Made by a program: the position numbers and the translations under genes. Shown one piece after another: positions 33,601 to 40,474 of a stretch of 64,000 bases of DNA; the first letter of the stretch is position 1, and each line of letters begins with the position of its first letter. The stretch covers positions 66,956 to 130,955 of the forward strand of contig JANOCU010000032.1 in NCBI GenBank assembly GCA_031412295.1, written 5' to 3'. Under the pieces are notes generated by a model that was not told where the DNA came from, made no database searches, and saw only the letters and a list, made by a program, of their open reading frames with translations. The DNA is from Bacteroidota bacterium. GTDB taxonomy: Bacteria > Bacteroidota > Bacteroidia > Palsa-965.

Positions 33601-35813
33601 TCACAGGATTAACTTCCGGTGCTTACGTATTCGTTTGGTCGATAACGAATGGTGTTTGTGCTGTAAGTACTGACAGTGTGAATGTGATCGTTGATCCGTT
33701 ACCAACAACAGCATCAGCAGGGCCTGATCAATTGAGCATTTGTCCGCCGGTAACAACGATGACTGCGAATGTTCCAACAGAAGGAACAGGAATGTGGTCA
33801 CAACTAAGTGGTCCGAATACAGCGACCATCACCACACCGAATTCTGCAACGACAACAATTTCTTCGATCACATCAGGAACGTATGATTTTGTATGGACGA
33901 TCAGCAGCGGTGTTTGTGCTTCAAGCGCAGATACAATTCAAGTTGTTGTTATTCCATGTGATTCCGACGGTGATGGTGTTGCTGATCTCACAGAAGTTTC
34001 CGACGGAACAAATCCAAATGACCCATGCGATTATCTCACAGCAAGTGTGAATTTAATCCAGGGTGGTCTTTGGAATCTTGCGGATTGTGATGGTGATGGT
34101 GTGACGAACGGAACTGAGATCACTGACGGAACAAATCCAAATGATCCGTGTGATCATCTTGTTGCAAACATTACTTTATCGCAAGGCGGAAATTGGAATA
34201 CTGCAGATTGTGATAACGATGGTGTAACAAACGGAACAGAAATTGTTGACGGAACAAATCCATCTGATCCTTGCGATTATATTGCTGCAAACATGACGCT
34301 TCCACAAGGAGCAACCTGGAATGTGGCTGATTGTGATGGTGACGGAGTAATCAACGGAACAGAAGTAGCTGATGGAACAAATCCGAATAATCCTTGCGAT
34401 TATCTTACCGCCAATATTACATTATCACAAGGCGGAAACTGGAATGTTGCGGATTGTGACGGTGATGGTGTAATCAACGGAACAGAAATTACTGACGGAA
34501 CAAACCCGAATAATCCATGTGAATATCTTGCTGCGAATATTACTTTATCGCAAGGCGGAAACTGGAATGCTGCGGATTGCGACGGTGATGGTGTGACGAA
34601 CGGAACTGAAATTGCTGATGGAACAAATCCGAATAATCCATGCGAATATCTTGCTGTAAATATTACTTTATCACAAGGTGGAAATTGGAATGCTGCAGAT
34701 TGTGATGGAGATGGTGTGATCAACGGAACAGAAATTATTGACGGAACAAATCCGAATAATCCATGCGATTATTTGACAGCAAGCATGACATTGCCACAAA
34801 CAGGAAATTGGAATGTTGCGGATTGTGATGGTGATGGTGTAACAAACGGAACGGAGATCGTTGATGGAACAAACACAACTGATCCATGCGATTATCTTAC
34901 TGCAAACGTTACACTTCCGCAAGGAGGAAATTGGAATACGGTTGATTGTGACGGTGACGGTGTAACAAACGGAACTGAAATTGTTGACGGAACAAATCCA
35001 AACAATCCATGCGATTATCTTCTTGCAAATGTTACGCTTACTCCGGGTGGAAATTGGAATGCTGCAGATTGCGATGGTGATGGTGTGATCAACGGAACAG
35101 AAGTAGTTGACGGAACAAATGCAACTGATCCATGCGATTACTTAGCTGCAAACATGACGCTGCCACAAACCGGAAGCTGGAATGTTGCAGATTGTGATGG
35201 CGACGGAGTAACAAACGGAACAGAAGTAACCGACGGAACAAATACAAATGATCCATGCGATTACCTTGCTGCGAATGTTACGCTTCCACAAGGCGGAAAC
35301 TGGAACATTGTTGATTGCGATGGTGACGGTGTAACCAACGGAACTGAAATCGCTGACGGAACAAATCCGGATGCACCATGTGATCTCTTGCTTGCAAGTC
35401 AAACGCTTCCGCCAAATGCTGCGTGGAATGCATTGGATTGTGATGCTGACGGAATTACCAACGGCGTAGAAATTACCAATGGAAATAATCCATTAGATCC
35501 TTGCGATCCGAATGCATGCGACCTCATTATTCCTGAAGGATTCTCGCCGAACGGAGATGGCATCAATGATATTTTCGAGATCAAAGGAATTTCTGCTTAT
35601 CCGAATAATACAGTAACCATGTTTAACCGCTGGGGTAACTTAGTTTACAAAGCTGCCGGTTATGACAATGGTTCTGTGAGCTGGGATGCAACCAACCAGG
35701 GCGAGCTTAGCACCGGTTCCGGTCCATTACCGGAAGGAACTTATTTCTACGTCATCGATCTCGGTGATGGAAGCCCGATACGTTCCGGTTATGTATTTGT
35801 AAATCGTCAATAA
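27615..35813 (+). CDS. Giant cell-surface adhesin of about 2,730 aa with a type-B T9SS C-terminal domain (gliding-motility-associated CTD); SprB-like
   Basis: The signal peptide is MKNRLFTIVLVLFSTAVFAQ. An N-terminal globular region includes a DUF11-like segment, GDILEYTIVGKNIGSDPSVNTYITDTL. The first array is 11 x 80-aa Cys-containing beta-sandwich repeats (PVCTGNTINLST...ATYSWTGP...AGTYSVTVTTNGCTSAVGT). The second array is 9 x about 86-aa repeats (AGxDQxIC...GTGxWxQxSGP...GTYVFEWTIxNxxC). The third array is 12.5 x 42-aa Asp-rich thrombospondin-type-3-like Ca-binding repeats (DCDGDGVTNGTEIxDGTNPNxPCDY...). The C-terminus reads IPEGFSPNGDGINDIFEI...MFNRWGNLVY...GTYFYVIDL, which is the type-B sorting domain. 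The true start is likely the internal Met at 27615 rather than 27552. Confidence 0.9.
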   Translation: MKNRLFTIVLVLFSTAVFAQVITPFSIRYQTTQKGGIRYLSNTSVTCSGVGCGAGRSEVPPAGTSTDNGFTAAYVDIDADGTTFSSSSDSLALPTCSEISWAGLYWGGEMTNAGANYATRNQVKLKTNNGSYVNLTADALQDNAVGFSTYHCYKDITAIMQAGGTNARYTIANVAARIGGTNRFGGWSIVIVYKNDLQPMRNLTVFNGLSNVSGANPISDITVSGFLTPLSGPVTFEVGNITYDGDRSSTGDQLMFNGGSGFVNILDAVNPTNDIFNSTYSYNGVQKVTPFINPGYTNSLGYDADIFLPNNAAKNFIGNSATSATLRLTTGGETFLTQVVTMAIDVYEPDLRAACRVVDLNGGSVLPGDILEYTIVGKNIGSDPSVNTYITDTLEYNSVYIPGSLSILSGPNAGLKTDAAGDDQAEYITASRTVKVRIGTGANAVSGGQVNNSPLGIDSTQIRFRTMATTDCIVLQCDNIINNRAYIFGTGNVSGNNFNNGSNPNIFDGNGCPVPGTTNTPISAASCTPPSSSSNSPVCTGSTLSLTTSPSSSIATYSWTGPGGFVSTAANPNRANATAAMAGTYTCVITIPGSACSFTVTTTVVINTRPATPAPSSNTPVCSGNTINLSTAAVAGATYSWTGPSAFASALQNPTRPAATVAMSGTYSVTVTANGCTSAVGTTVVIVNSTPATPAPSSNTPACTGNTINLSTAAVAGATYSWTGPNSFASAVQNPSIVNATPAMAGTYSVTVTTNGCTSAVGTTAVVVNATPATPAPSSNTPVCTGNTINLSTVAVAGATYSWTGPNSFASAVQNPSIVNATAAMAGTYSLTVTTNGCTSAVGTTVLVINTTPATPAPSSNTPVCTGNTINLSTAAVAGATYSWTGPNSFASAVQNPAIVNATTAMAGTYSVVVTANGCSSAVGTTAVVVNSTPAAPAPSSNSPVCTGNTINLSTAAVAGATYSWTGPAAFVSAVQNPTRAGATAAMAGTYSVTITTNGCTSPVGTVAVVINATPAAPTASSNSPVCTGNTINLSTPVVAGATYSWTGPNSFASAVQNPSIVNATAAMAGTYSVTVTTTGCTSAVGTVAVVVNATPAAPAPSSNSPVCTGNTINLSTTAVAGATYSWTGPNSFVSAVQNPSIVNATAAMAGTYSLTITTTGCTSAVGTIAVIINATPAAPTASSNSPVCSGNTINLSTPAVAGATYSWTGPAAFVSAVQNPTRASATVAMSGTYSVTITTNGCTSAVGTVAVIVNATPSTPAPSSNSPVCIGNTINLSTAAVAGATYSWTGPNSFVSAVQNPSIVNATAAMAGTYSVTVTTNGCISAVGTTVVTITPPPTTAAAGSDQTICVNSTTMAANAPTTGTGTWTQISGPVTTTITTPSSPVTTITGITTAGTYVFQWTISNSPCTASSDLVSVILNGTTAAANAGTNQLLCDVTTTVMAANAAAPGVGSWTQVSGPNTATITSPASETTTMTGLITGIYVFEWTITNAPCPATTDNVTVTISAQPTTSFAGPDQAICSSVASMLANTPSVGAGTWSQVSGPNTATITTPTSPASTMTGLIAGTYVFEWSIANAPCVQSDDVVSIVVSAVPTTANAGTDQTICSASGAATMSGNIPATGTGAWTQVSGPVSATITSPSSEATTITGMTTAGTYVFEWSISNGSCAASNDSVSVIVNNPPTVAAAGNNQSLCNVTTALMNGNTAVNGTGNWTQISGPNTATITTPSSEGTTMTGLIAGTYVFEWTISNSPCAATTSQVQVDIFDLPTTSNAGPDTSICAAAASTTMNANAATTGTGNWSQVSGPSTAAITNPASPVTTVTGMVAAGTYVFQWEISNGVCAVSADSMQVIVADPPTTSSAGADQTLCNSAAATMGANTAGTGTGAWTQISGPNTATITSPAFESTSVTGLIAGTYLFEWTITSGACTPSSDTIQITIDDLPTASNAGADQQICNATAITMAANIPSTGTGMWSQLSGPNTAIISSPSSEATTITGLTSGAYVFVWSITNGVCAVSTDSVNVIVDPLPTTASAGPDQLSICPPVTTMTANVPTEGTGMWSQLSGPNTATITTPNSATTTISSITSGTYDFVWTISSGVCASSADTIQVVVIPCDSDGDGVADLTEVSDGTNPNDPCDYLTASVNLIQGGLWNLADCDGDGVTNGTEITDGTNPNDPCDHLVANITLSQGGNWNTADCDNDGVTNGTEIVDGTNPSDPCDYIAANMTLPQGATWNVADCDGDGVINGTEVADGTNPNNPCDYLTANITLSQGGNWNVADCDGDGVINGTEITDGTNPNNPCEYLAANITLSQGGNWNAADCDGDGVTNGTEIADGTNPNNPCEYLAVNITLSQGGNWNAADCDGDGVINGTEIIDGTNPNNPCDYLTASMTLPQTGNWNVADCDGDGVTNGTEIVDGTNTTDPCDYLTANVTLPQGGNWNTVDCDGDGVTNGTEIVDGTNPNNPCDYLLANVTLTPGGNWNAADCDGDGVINGTEVVDGTNATDPCDYLAANMTLPQTGSWNVADCDGDGVTNGTEVTDGTNTNDPCDYLAANVTLPQGGNWNIVDCDGDGVTNGTEIADGTNPDAPCDLLLASQTLPPNAAWNALDCDADGITNGVEITNGNNPLDPCDPNACDLIIPEGFSPNGDGINDIFEIKGISAYPNNTVTMFNRWGNLVYKAAGYDNGSVSWDATNQGELSTGSGPLPEGTYFYVIDLGDGSPIRSGYVFVNRQ
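29190..31630 (+). repeat. In-frame tandem array of about 11 copies of a 240-nt unit, up to about 90% identical
   Basis: For example, the units at 29449 and 29689 are near-identical, as are units at 240-nt spacing throughout. Confidence 0.85.
31621..33950 (+). repeat. In-frame tandem array of about 9 copies of an approximately 258-nt unit
   Basis: The protein-level motif PTTxxAGxDQxIC...GTYVFEWxI recurs with this period. Confidence 0.8.
33957..35520 (+). repeat. In-frame tandem array of about 12.5 copies of a 126-nt unit encoding DCDGDGVTNGTE... Ca-binding-type repeats
   Basis: GATTGTGATGGTGATGGTGT recurs every 126 nt. Confidence 0.85.
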
Positions 35814-35880
35814 AAAAAATATGGTAATCCGACTAATGCCTATTTGGTAAACCCGGTTTCGGCCGACGACAAAAAACAAA

Positions 35881-36813
35881 ATGAAAAAAATAATCTTCAG
35901 CAGTATGCTGCTCATCATTTCCGCTTCGCTGAAGCTTTCAGCGCAGCAGGATCCGCAGTTTACGCATTACATGTACAATACACTCAGCGTAAATCCGGCC
36001 TACGCAGGCAGCAGAGACGTGCTTAACATCAGCGCGCTTCATCGCCAGCAATGGATCGGGTTGAACGGCGCACCGACTTCACAATCCGTGCAGGTTCATT
36101 CGCCTTTGAAAAATAAAAAAATGGGTTTAGGATTTTCGGTCATCAACGATCGTATCGGGCCTATTAATCAAACATTTTTTTACGCGGATTATTCCTACAC
36201 CGTCAAGTTGGCTGAAAAGTTGAAGTTGAGCTTCGGCGTGAAAGGTGGAGTAAATTGGTTTCAACCGAAGATCGCTGAGCTCAATACGATCCAGGCGAAT
36301 GATCCTTCATTTGTCGGAAGCACATTGCAAAGCAGCGTTAAGCCGAACTTCGGAGCAGGAATTTATTTGCATCACGAGCGTTGGTATTTTGGTGCGAGCG
36401 CGCCGCGTTTGGTGCAGAATGCTTTTAACCTCGGCGAAGGAAACAGCGATACAACTTCTTTAAAAGAGTTGCGTCACCTGTTTTTTATCGGCGGCGTAAT
36501 TATTCCTGTTTCATCAGATCTGAAATTGAAACCGACGTTCCAGGTGAAGATGGTGCAAAATTCGCCGGTTTCTATTGATGCAACTGTTGAAGCATTGTTC
36601 CGTGAAAAGTTTTCTGTCGGATTAGGTATGCGTTACAATGACAGCTATTATGCATTAGTTGGCTACCAGCTGACAAGTCAGTTCCGCGCAGGTATTTCTT
36701 ACGATTATACATCAACAAAACTTCAAAATGTAAATAACGGAACAGTTGAAATTAACCTCAGCTACGATTTCAACAACAAGCAGGACAAACTGCGCTCACC
36801 GCGTTATTTCTAG
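35881..36813 (+). CDS. Type IX secretion system membrane protein of the PorP/SprF family
   Basis: 310 aa. It has a signal peptide followed by QQDPQFTHYMYNTLSVNPAYAG, the hallmark N-terminus of PorP/SprF. It lies immediately downstream of a type-B CTD cargo gene. Confidence 0.8.
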   Translation: MKKIIFSSMLLIISASLKLSAQQDPQFTHYMYNTLSVNPAYAGSRDVLNISALHRQQWIGLNGAPTSQSVQVHSPLKNKKMGLGFSVINDRIGPINQTFFYADYSYTVKLAEKLKLSFGVKGGVNWFQPKIAELNTIQANDPSFVGSTLQSSVKPNFGAGIYLHHERWYFGASAPRLVQNAFNLGEGNSDTTSLKELRHLFFIGGVIIPVSSDLKLKPTFQVKMVQNSPVSIDATVEALFREKFSVGLGMRYNDSYYALVGYQLTSQFRAGISYDYTSTKLQNVNNGTVEINLSYDFNNKQDKLRSPRYF

Positions 36814-36831
36814 GTTCAATAAAAAGTAAAA

Positions 36832-39045
36832 ATGAAAAATAGTATCGCAATATTTTTATCGCTTGTCCTTTTTTCTTCAATTGGATTTGCGCAGGGTTTA
36901 ACTGTGAAAAGTGCAGATCGCGCATTCGACAGGCTTGCTTATGTAAGAGCAGCAGAATTATACCTGCGTGTTGCTGACAAGAAAGGCAATGATCGCGTGT
37001 ATGAGCGGCTTGGAGATTGTTACCGCTTAATGGGACAAACAAATAAATCTGAATCGTGGTACGGAAAAGTTGCAACCGGTGCAGCGCCAACACCGACTTC
37101 ACTTTTGTATTATGCAGAAGCATTGCGTGCAAATGGAAGATACGATGAGAGTGATGCGTGGATGAAAAAATATTTTGCAGTTCGGGCAGATGATAACCGT
37201 GCAAAGCTGTATGTAAATAACTCCGCCTATTTTGAAGCGCTGAAAACACAGCAACCTTATTTTTCTATCAGCAATCTTGATGTCAATACACCGCAGGCTG
37301 ATTTCGGAACAACATTTTATAATGGAAAAATAGTTTTCGCTTCATCACGTATCGATCAGGTGGCAGTAAAAAATACACACTCGTGGAATGATATGCCTTT
37401 CCTGAATTTATACATTGCAGATCGTGACGAGCAGGGAAATCTTAGCAAAGTTGTAACACTGAATCAAAAGTTGAATACACGTTATCATGAAGGACCTGCA
37501 TGTTTTTCGACTGATGGAAATGTGTTGTATTTCACACGCAATAATTATTTTAAGAATGAATTCCGCAGAGACAAAAAGGGAATTAATAATCTTAAAATTT
37601 TCAGGGCAAAAAATGTAAATGGAACCTGGCAGGAAGAAAATCTGTCGATCAATAGTGATGAATTTTCTGTTGGGCATCCAACCATTTCACCTGATGGCAA
37701 CTTCCTTTATTTTGTCAGCGATATGCCTGGCGGAAAAGGAATGACAGATATTTACCGTGTGCAAATTAACCCTGACGCATCACTCGGAACCCCCGAAAAC
37801 CTGGGTGATGCTGTCAACACGGAAGGGCGTGAAATGTTTCCTTTTTTAGACACGGAAGGCAACCTGTTTTTCTCCTCCGACGGACAAGTTGGTCTTGGTG
37901 GACTGGATGTTTTTTATGCAGCGAACGATCGTAAAAATGGTTTTGCTAAGGTGACGAATGTTGGATTGCCTGTCAATTCTTCTTCTGATGATTTTGCGCT
38001 TGTGTTGGATGCTTCAGGTAAAAGCGGTTATTTCAGCAGCAACCGCGATGGCGGAAAAGGTGATGATGATATTTATGCGCTGAATCTTGTTCGTCCGTTC
38101 AAAACAACTTATTTATTGAAAGGAATTGCAAAAGATAAAGTGACAGGGCTTCCGCTTGTTTCATCTGAAGTATTGCTCAAAGAAAATTCCGGAAGTGTAA
38201 GCGATTTAATTACGACAGATGCAACAGGCGCTTTTCAATTTGAAATTGAACCGGATAAAAATTACACCTTAAGCGGAACAAAAGACAACTATTTTCCAGG
38301 AATGATGACGATCACTACCGTAAACATCGGTGATCAGACTGAGCTTACGCGCGATATTGCACTGGAAAAAGATCCGGGACTTGCCTTGTATTTTCTATTG
38401 AAAGATAAAGCAGACCGCAACGCTATTCGTGATGTGAAAATTAAGATCACAAATAATTTGACAGGAAAAACAGACAGCGTTTTCTCACTTGAAAATGGAG
38501 ACTTCAGAATTCCGGTAACAGGAAAAAAGATCGGCGAACAGTTAAGCTATAACATATCCTTTGAAAAGCCCGGCTATCTTTCGAAAAGCATGACATACAC
38601 TGCTGCGATCGAAAAAGAAGGGGAGATACGCATCGAAGAGAATCTCGATAAAATTTCCGTCGGACTCGATCTCGCAAAGATCATTGACATCAAACCAATT
38701 TATTTCGATCTCGGAAAATCCATCATTCGTCCTGATGCTGCAATTGAGCTTGACAAAATTGTAAAAGTGATGAATGAAAATCCGAACATGATCGTAGAGC
38801 TTGGTTCGCATACAGATTGTCGCGGAACAGCAGCATCCAACACATCACTTTCCGACAGAAGAGCAAAAGCATCGGCAGAATATATCAAGAAGCGCATTTC
38901 CAATCCAACCCGCATCTACGGAAAAGGATTCGGAGAAAGTCAGCTTACAAACGGATGCCAGTGTGAAGGCGCAGTAAAAGCAACTTGCTCCGAAGACGAA
39001 CATCAGAAAAACCGCCGCACGGAATTCAAGATCATCAAAATGTAA
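36832..39045 (+). CDS. PorE-like T9SS-associated OmpA-family protein with TPR, a TolB-like beta-propeller, a carboxypeptidase-regulatory-like domain and OmpA_C
   Basis: 737 aa. The N-terminal TPR is AYVRAAELYLRVADKKGND...GDCYRLMGQ. The PD40-type repeats include YFTRNNY, YFVSDMPGGKGMTDIY, FFSSDGQVGLGGLDVF and YFSSNRDGGKGDDDIY. The C-terminal OmpA-like domain is IYFDLGKSIIRPDAAIELDKIVKVMNENPNMIVELGSHTDCRGTAASNTSLSDRRAKA. Confidence 0.75.
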   Translation: MKNSIAIFLSLVLFSSIGFAQGLTVKSADRAFDRLAYVRAAELYLRVADKKGNDRVYERLGDCYRLMGQTNKSESWYGKVATGAAPTPTSLLYYAEALRANGRYDESDAWMKKYFAVRADDNRAKLYVNNSAYFEALKTQQPYFSISNLDVNTPQADFGTTFYNGKIVFASSRIDQVAVKNTHSWNDMPFLNLYIADRDEQGNLSKVVTLNQKLNTRYHEGPACFSTDGNVLYFTRNNYFKNEFRRDKKGINNLKIFRAKNVNGTWQEENLSINSDEFSVGHPTISPDGNFLYFVSDMPGGKGMTDIYRVQINPDASLGTPENLGDAVNTEGREMFPFLDTEGNLFFSSDGQVGLGGLDVFYAANDRKNGFAKVTNVGLPVNSSSDDFALVLDASGKSGYFSSNRDGGKGDDDIYALNLVRPFKTTYLLKGIAKDKVTGLPLVSSEVLLKENSGSVSDLITTDATGAFQFEIEPDKNYTLSGTKDNYFPGMMTITTVNIGDQTELTRDIALEKDPGLALYFLLKDKADRNAIRDVKIKITNNLTGKTDSVFSLENGDFRIPVTGKKIGEQLSYNISFEKPGYLSKSMTYTAAIEKEGEIRIEENLDKISVGLDLAKIIDIKPIYFDLGKSIIRPDAAIELDKIVKVMNENPNMIVELGSHTDCRGTAASNTSLSDRRAKASAEYIKKRISNPTRIYGKGFGESQLTNGCQCEGAVKATCSEDEHQKNRRTEFKIIKM

Positions 39046-39113
39046 TTTCACCTGGCGGCCTTCTGAACGTTTCGCACAGCCACATTAAAGCTATTTTACA
39101 CACCATATAAGTG

Positions 39114-39149
39114 ACACCGCGGGCTTAAACTGGCCTTGCGGTGTTTTTT
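39114..39149 (+). terminator. Rho-independent terminator after the PorE-like gene
   Basis: ACACCGCGGGC, loop TTAAACTG, then GCCTTGCGGTGT followed by TTTTTT. Confidence 0.6.
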
Positions 39150-39169
39150 GTGCAGATTATTTATCCAAC

Positions 39170-39720
39170 GGTAAGGGTTGTCCGGCTTTTGTCTGGCTTG
39201 CTGAATTGACTTACGTTTCTTATTGGAATACTTTAGTAATAAGTTTAGATCATTGCAATAACCCCTTATTACCCACTGCGCAAAATGAAAAATTCAGTTC
39301 TACAACCGGGCAAATTCCCACATGAAAAAACAGAGAACGCCTCAATTGAAGCGACTCAAAAAAAGGGTTTCCCTGTCAGAGAAAAAACATCGCTTGACAT
39401 CACAAAAAAGCTTCACCAGATTTTGCAAAAGCGCCTGGTACAATACGCTGATCAGGATTAATAAAAAGCTCAACTCACTAGTGCATTACGTTCTGTATTT
39501 CCCCGTTTTATAAATCTTCTGCCGATCAGAAATCGAAGACAATAAGTAAACCGTGTACAATTTAACCCTGGCTCCATTTCCCGGAACCCCTGAAAACCCG
39601 GGTGGTGTGGTCTACACGGAAGAACGAGAAGTTTTCGTTCTTAGCCACTAAAGGCAACCTGTTCTTTTTACCCCAACGAACAGGTTGACCTTGGTGCTCT
39701 TACCTGGTTGAAATTCTGAA
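39170..39720 (+). pseudogene. Decayed partial duplicate of a leader resembling the adhesin gene's upstream region plus a segment of the PorE-like gene
   Basis: 39170..39300 resembles 27490..27610 (GTCCGGCTTTTGTCYGGC ... GGAATACTTT ... ATGAAAAAT). 39322..39720 is a degenerate, out-of-frame copy of about 37490..37920; for example CCGTGTACAATTTAACCCTGGC versus CCGTGTGCAAATTAACCCTGACGC, and CACGGAAGAACGAGAAGTTTTCGTTCTTAGCCACTAAAGGCAACCTGTTCTTTTT versus CACGGAAGGGCGTGAAATGTTTCCTTTTTTAGACACGGAAGGCAACCTGTTTTTCT. No intact ORF remains. Confidence 0.45.
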
Positions 39721-39765
39721 ATAGAAAAAGCAAAGAAGATTAATTCTTATTCTACAGGACCCGAA

Positions 39766-39800
39766 AAACAGCTGTCAATTATGACGGCTGTTTTCTTTTT
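39766..39800 (+). terminator. Rho-independent terminator at the end of the decayed duplicate
   Basis: AACAGCTGTC, loop AATTATG, then ACGGCTGTT followed by TTTCTTTTT. Confidence 0.5.
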
Positions 39801-40018
39801 GTAGTAGTCGAACTATAATCTTTCAATAGAACTTAGCCTGCTGCTATTTATTACGCCGCCATTCATGGCCGGGGGCAAACAAACGCAGCAGTACCGGCTT
39901 TAGCTAAATACATACAGCACTGATCCACGGCATTCTCCCTGATAATTCCCTGGATCTCATTAAAAAGCCTGTCTATAATTTTAGGTAACTTTATCCCACT
40001 AATAAAACACAAAACACC

Positions 40019-40333
40019 ATGCAAGACGATAACAACAATCAGCAGCTCAATATCGAATTAAACGAGGATGTAGCATCCGGTGTTTATTCCAATTTCGCAG
40101 TCATCACACATTCCGCTTCTGAATTTGTGCTCGATTTCATCCAGGTGATGCCCGGCGTTCCGAAAGCAAGAGTAAAGTCGCGCGTGATTCTTACACCACA
40201 GCACGCAAAACGTTTGATGAAAGCGCTGAAAGAAAATGTATCCCGTTTCGAAAGCGCTCACGGCGCAATCAACGATACCGAATTCGCACAAGCCTACCCA
40301 ATGAATTTCGGCGGACCAAAAGGACAAGCTTAA
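40019..40333 (+). CDS. Small conserved protein, probably of the DUF3467 family
   Basis: 104 aa. The core FAVITHSASEFVLDFIQVMPG matches this Bacteroidota-wide family as I recall it. Confidence 0.5.
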   Translation: MQDDNNNQQLNIELNEDVASGVYSNFAVITHSASEFVLDFIQVMPGVPKARVKSRVILTPQHAKRLMKALKENVSRFESAHGAINDTEFAQAYPMNFGGPKGQA

Positions 40334-40474
40334 AGAAAAGTTGTCAGATGCCAGTTGTCAGTTGTCAATTGTCAGACAAAATAACAGGGAAAGAATTACG
40401 AATCCTCGAATAAGAAATAGTACACAGGTACCTTTCGTATATTCGTTTTCATTCGTAATTCGTCCCCTTTCTAT

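Noticed and set aside
29190-35520. Regularly spaced direct repeats of 240-nt and 126-nt units that could superficially suggest a CRISPR-like array
   Set aside because: The units are contiguous with no spacers. They are in frame and encode recognisable protein repeats. No cas genes are present.
27615-35813. Many short ORFs on the minus strand and in alternative frames inside the giant adhesin gene, for example 34400..34723, 34671..34922, 35142..35402 and 30827..31168
   Set aside because: They lie entirely within the repeat arrays of a continuous 8-kb ORF on the plus strand. Their open frames are a by-product of codon-biased tandem repeats.
39322-39513. The 63-aa ORF in the PorE-DUF3467 spacer
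   Set aside because: It lies within the decayed duplicate region, is Lys/Arg-rich with low complexity, and has no homology to anything recognisable.
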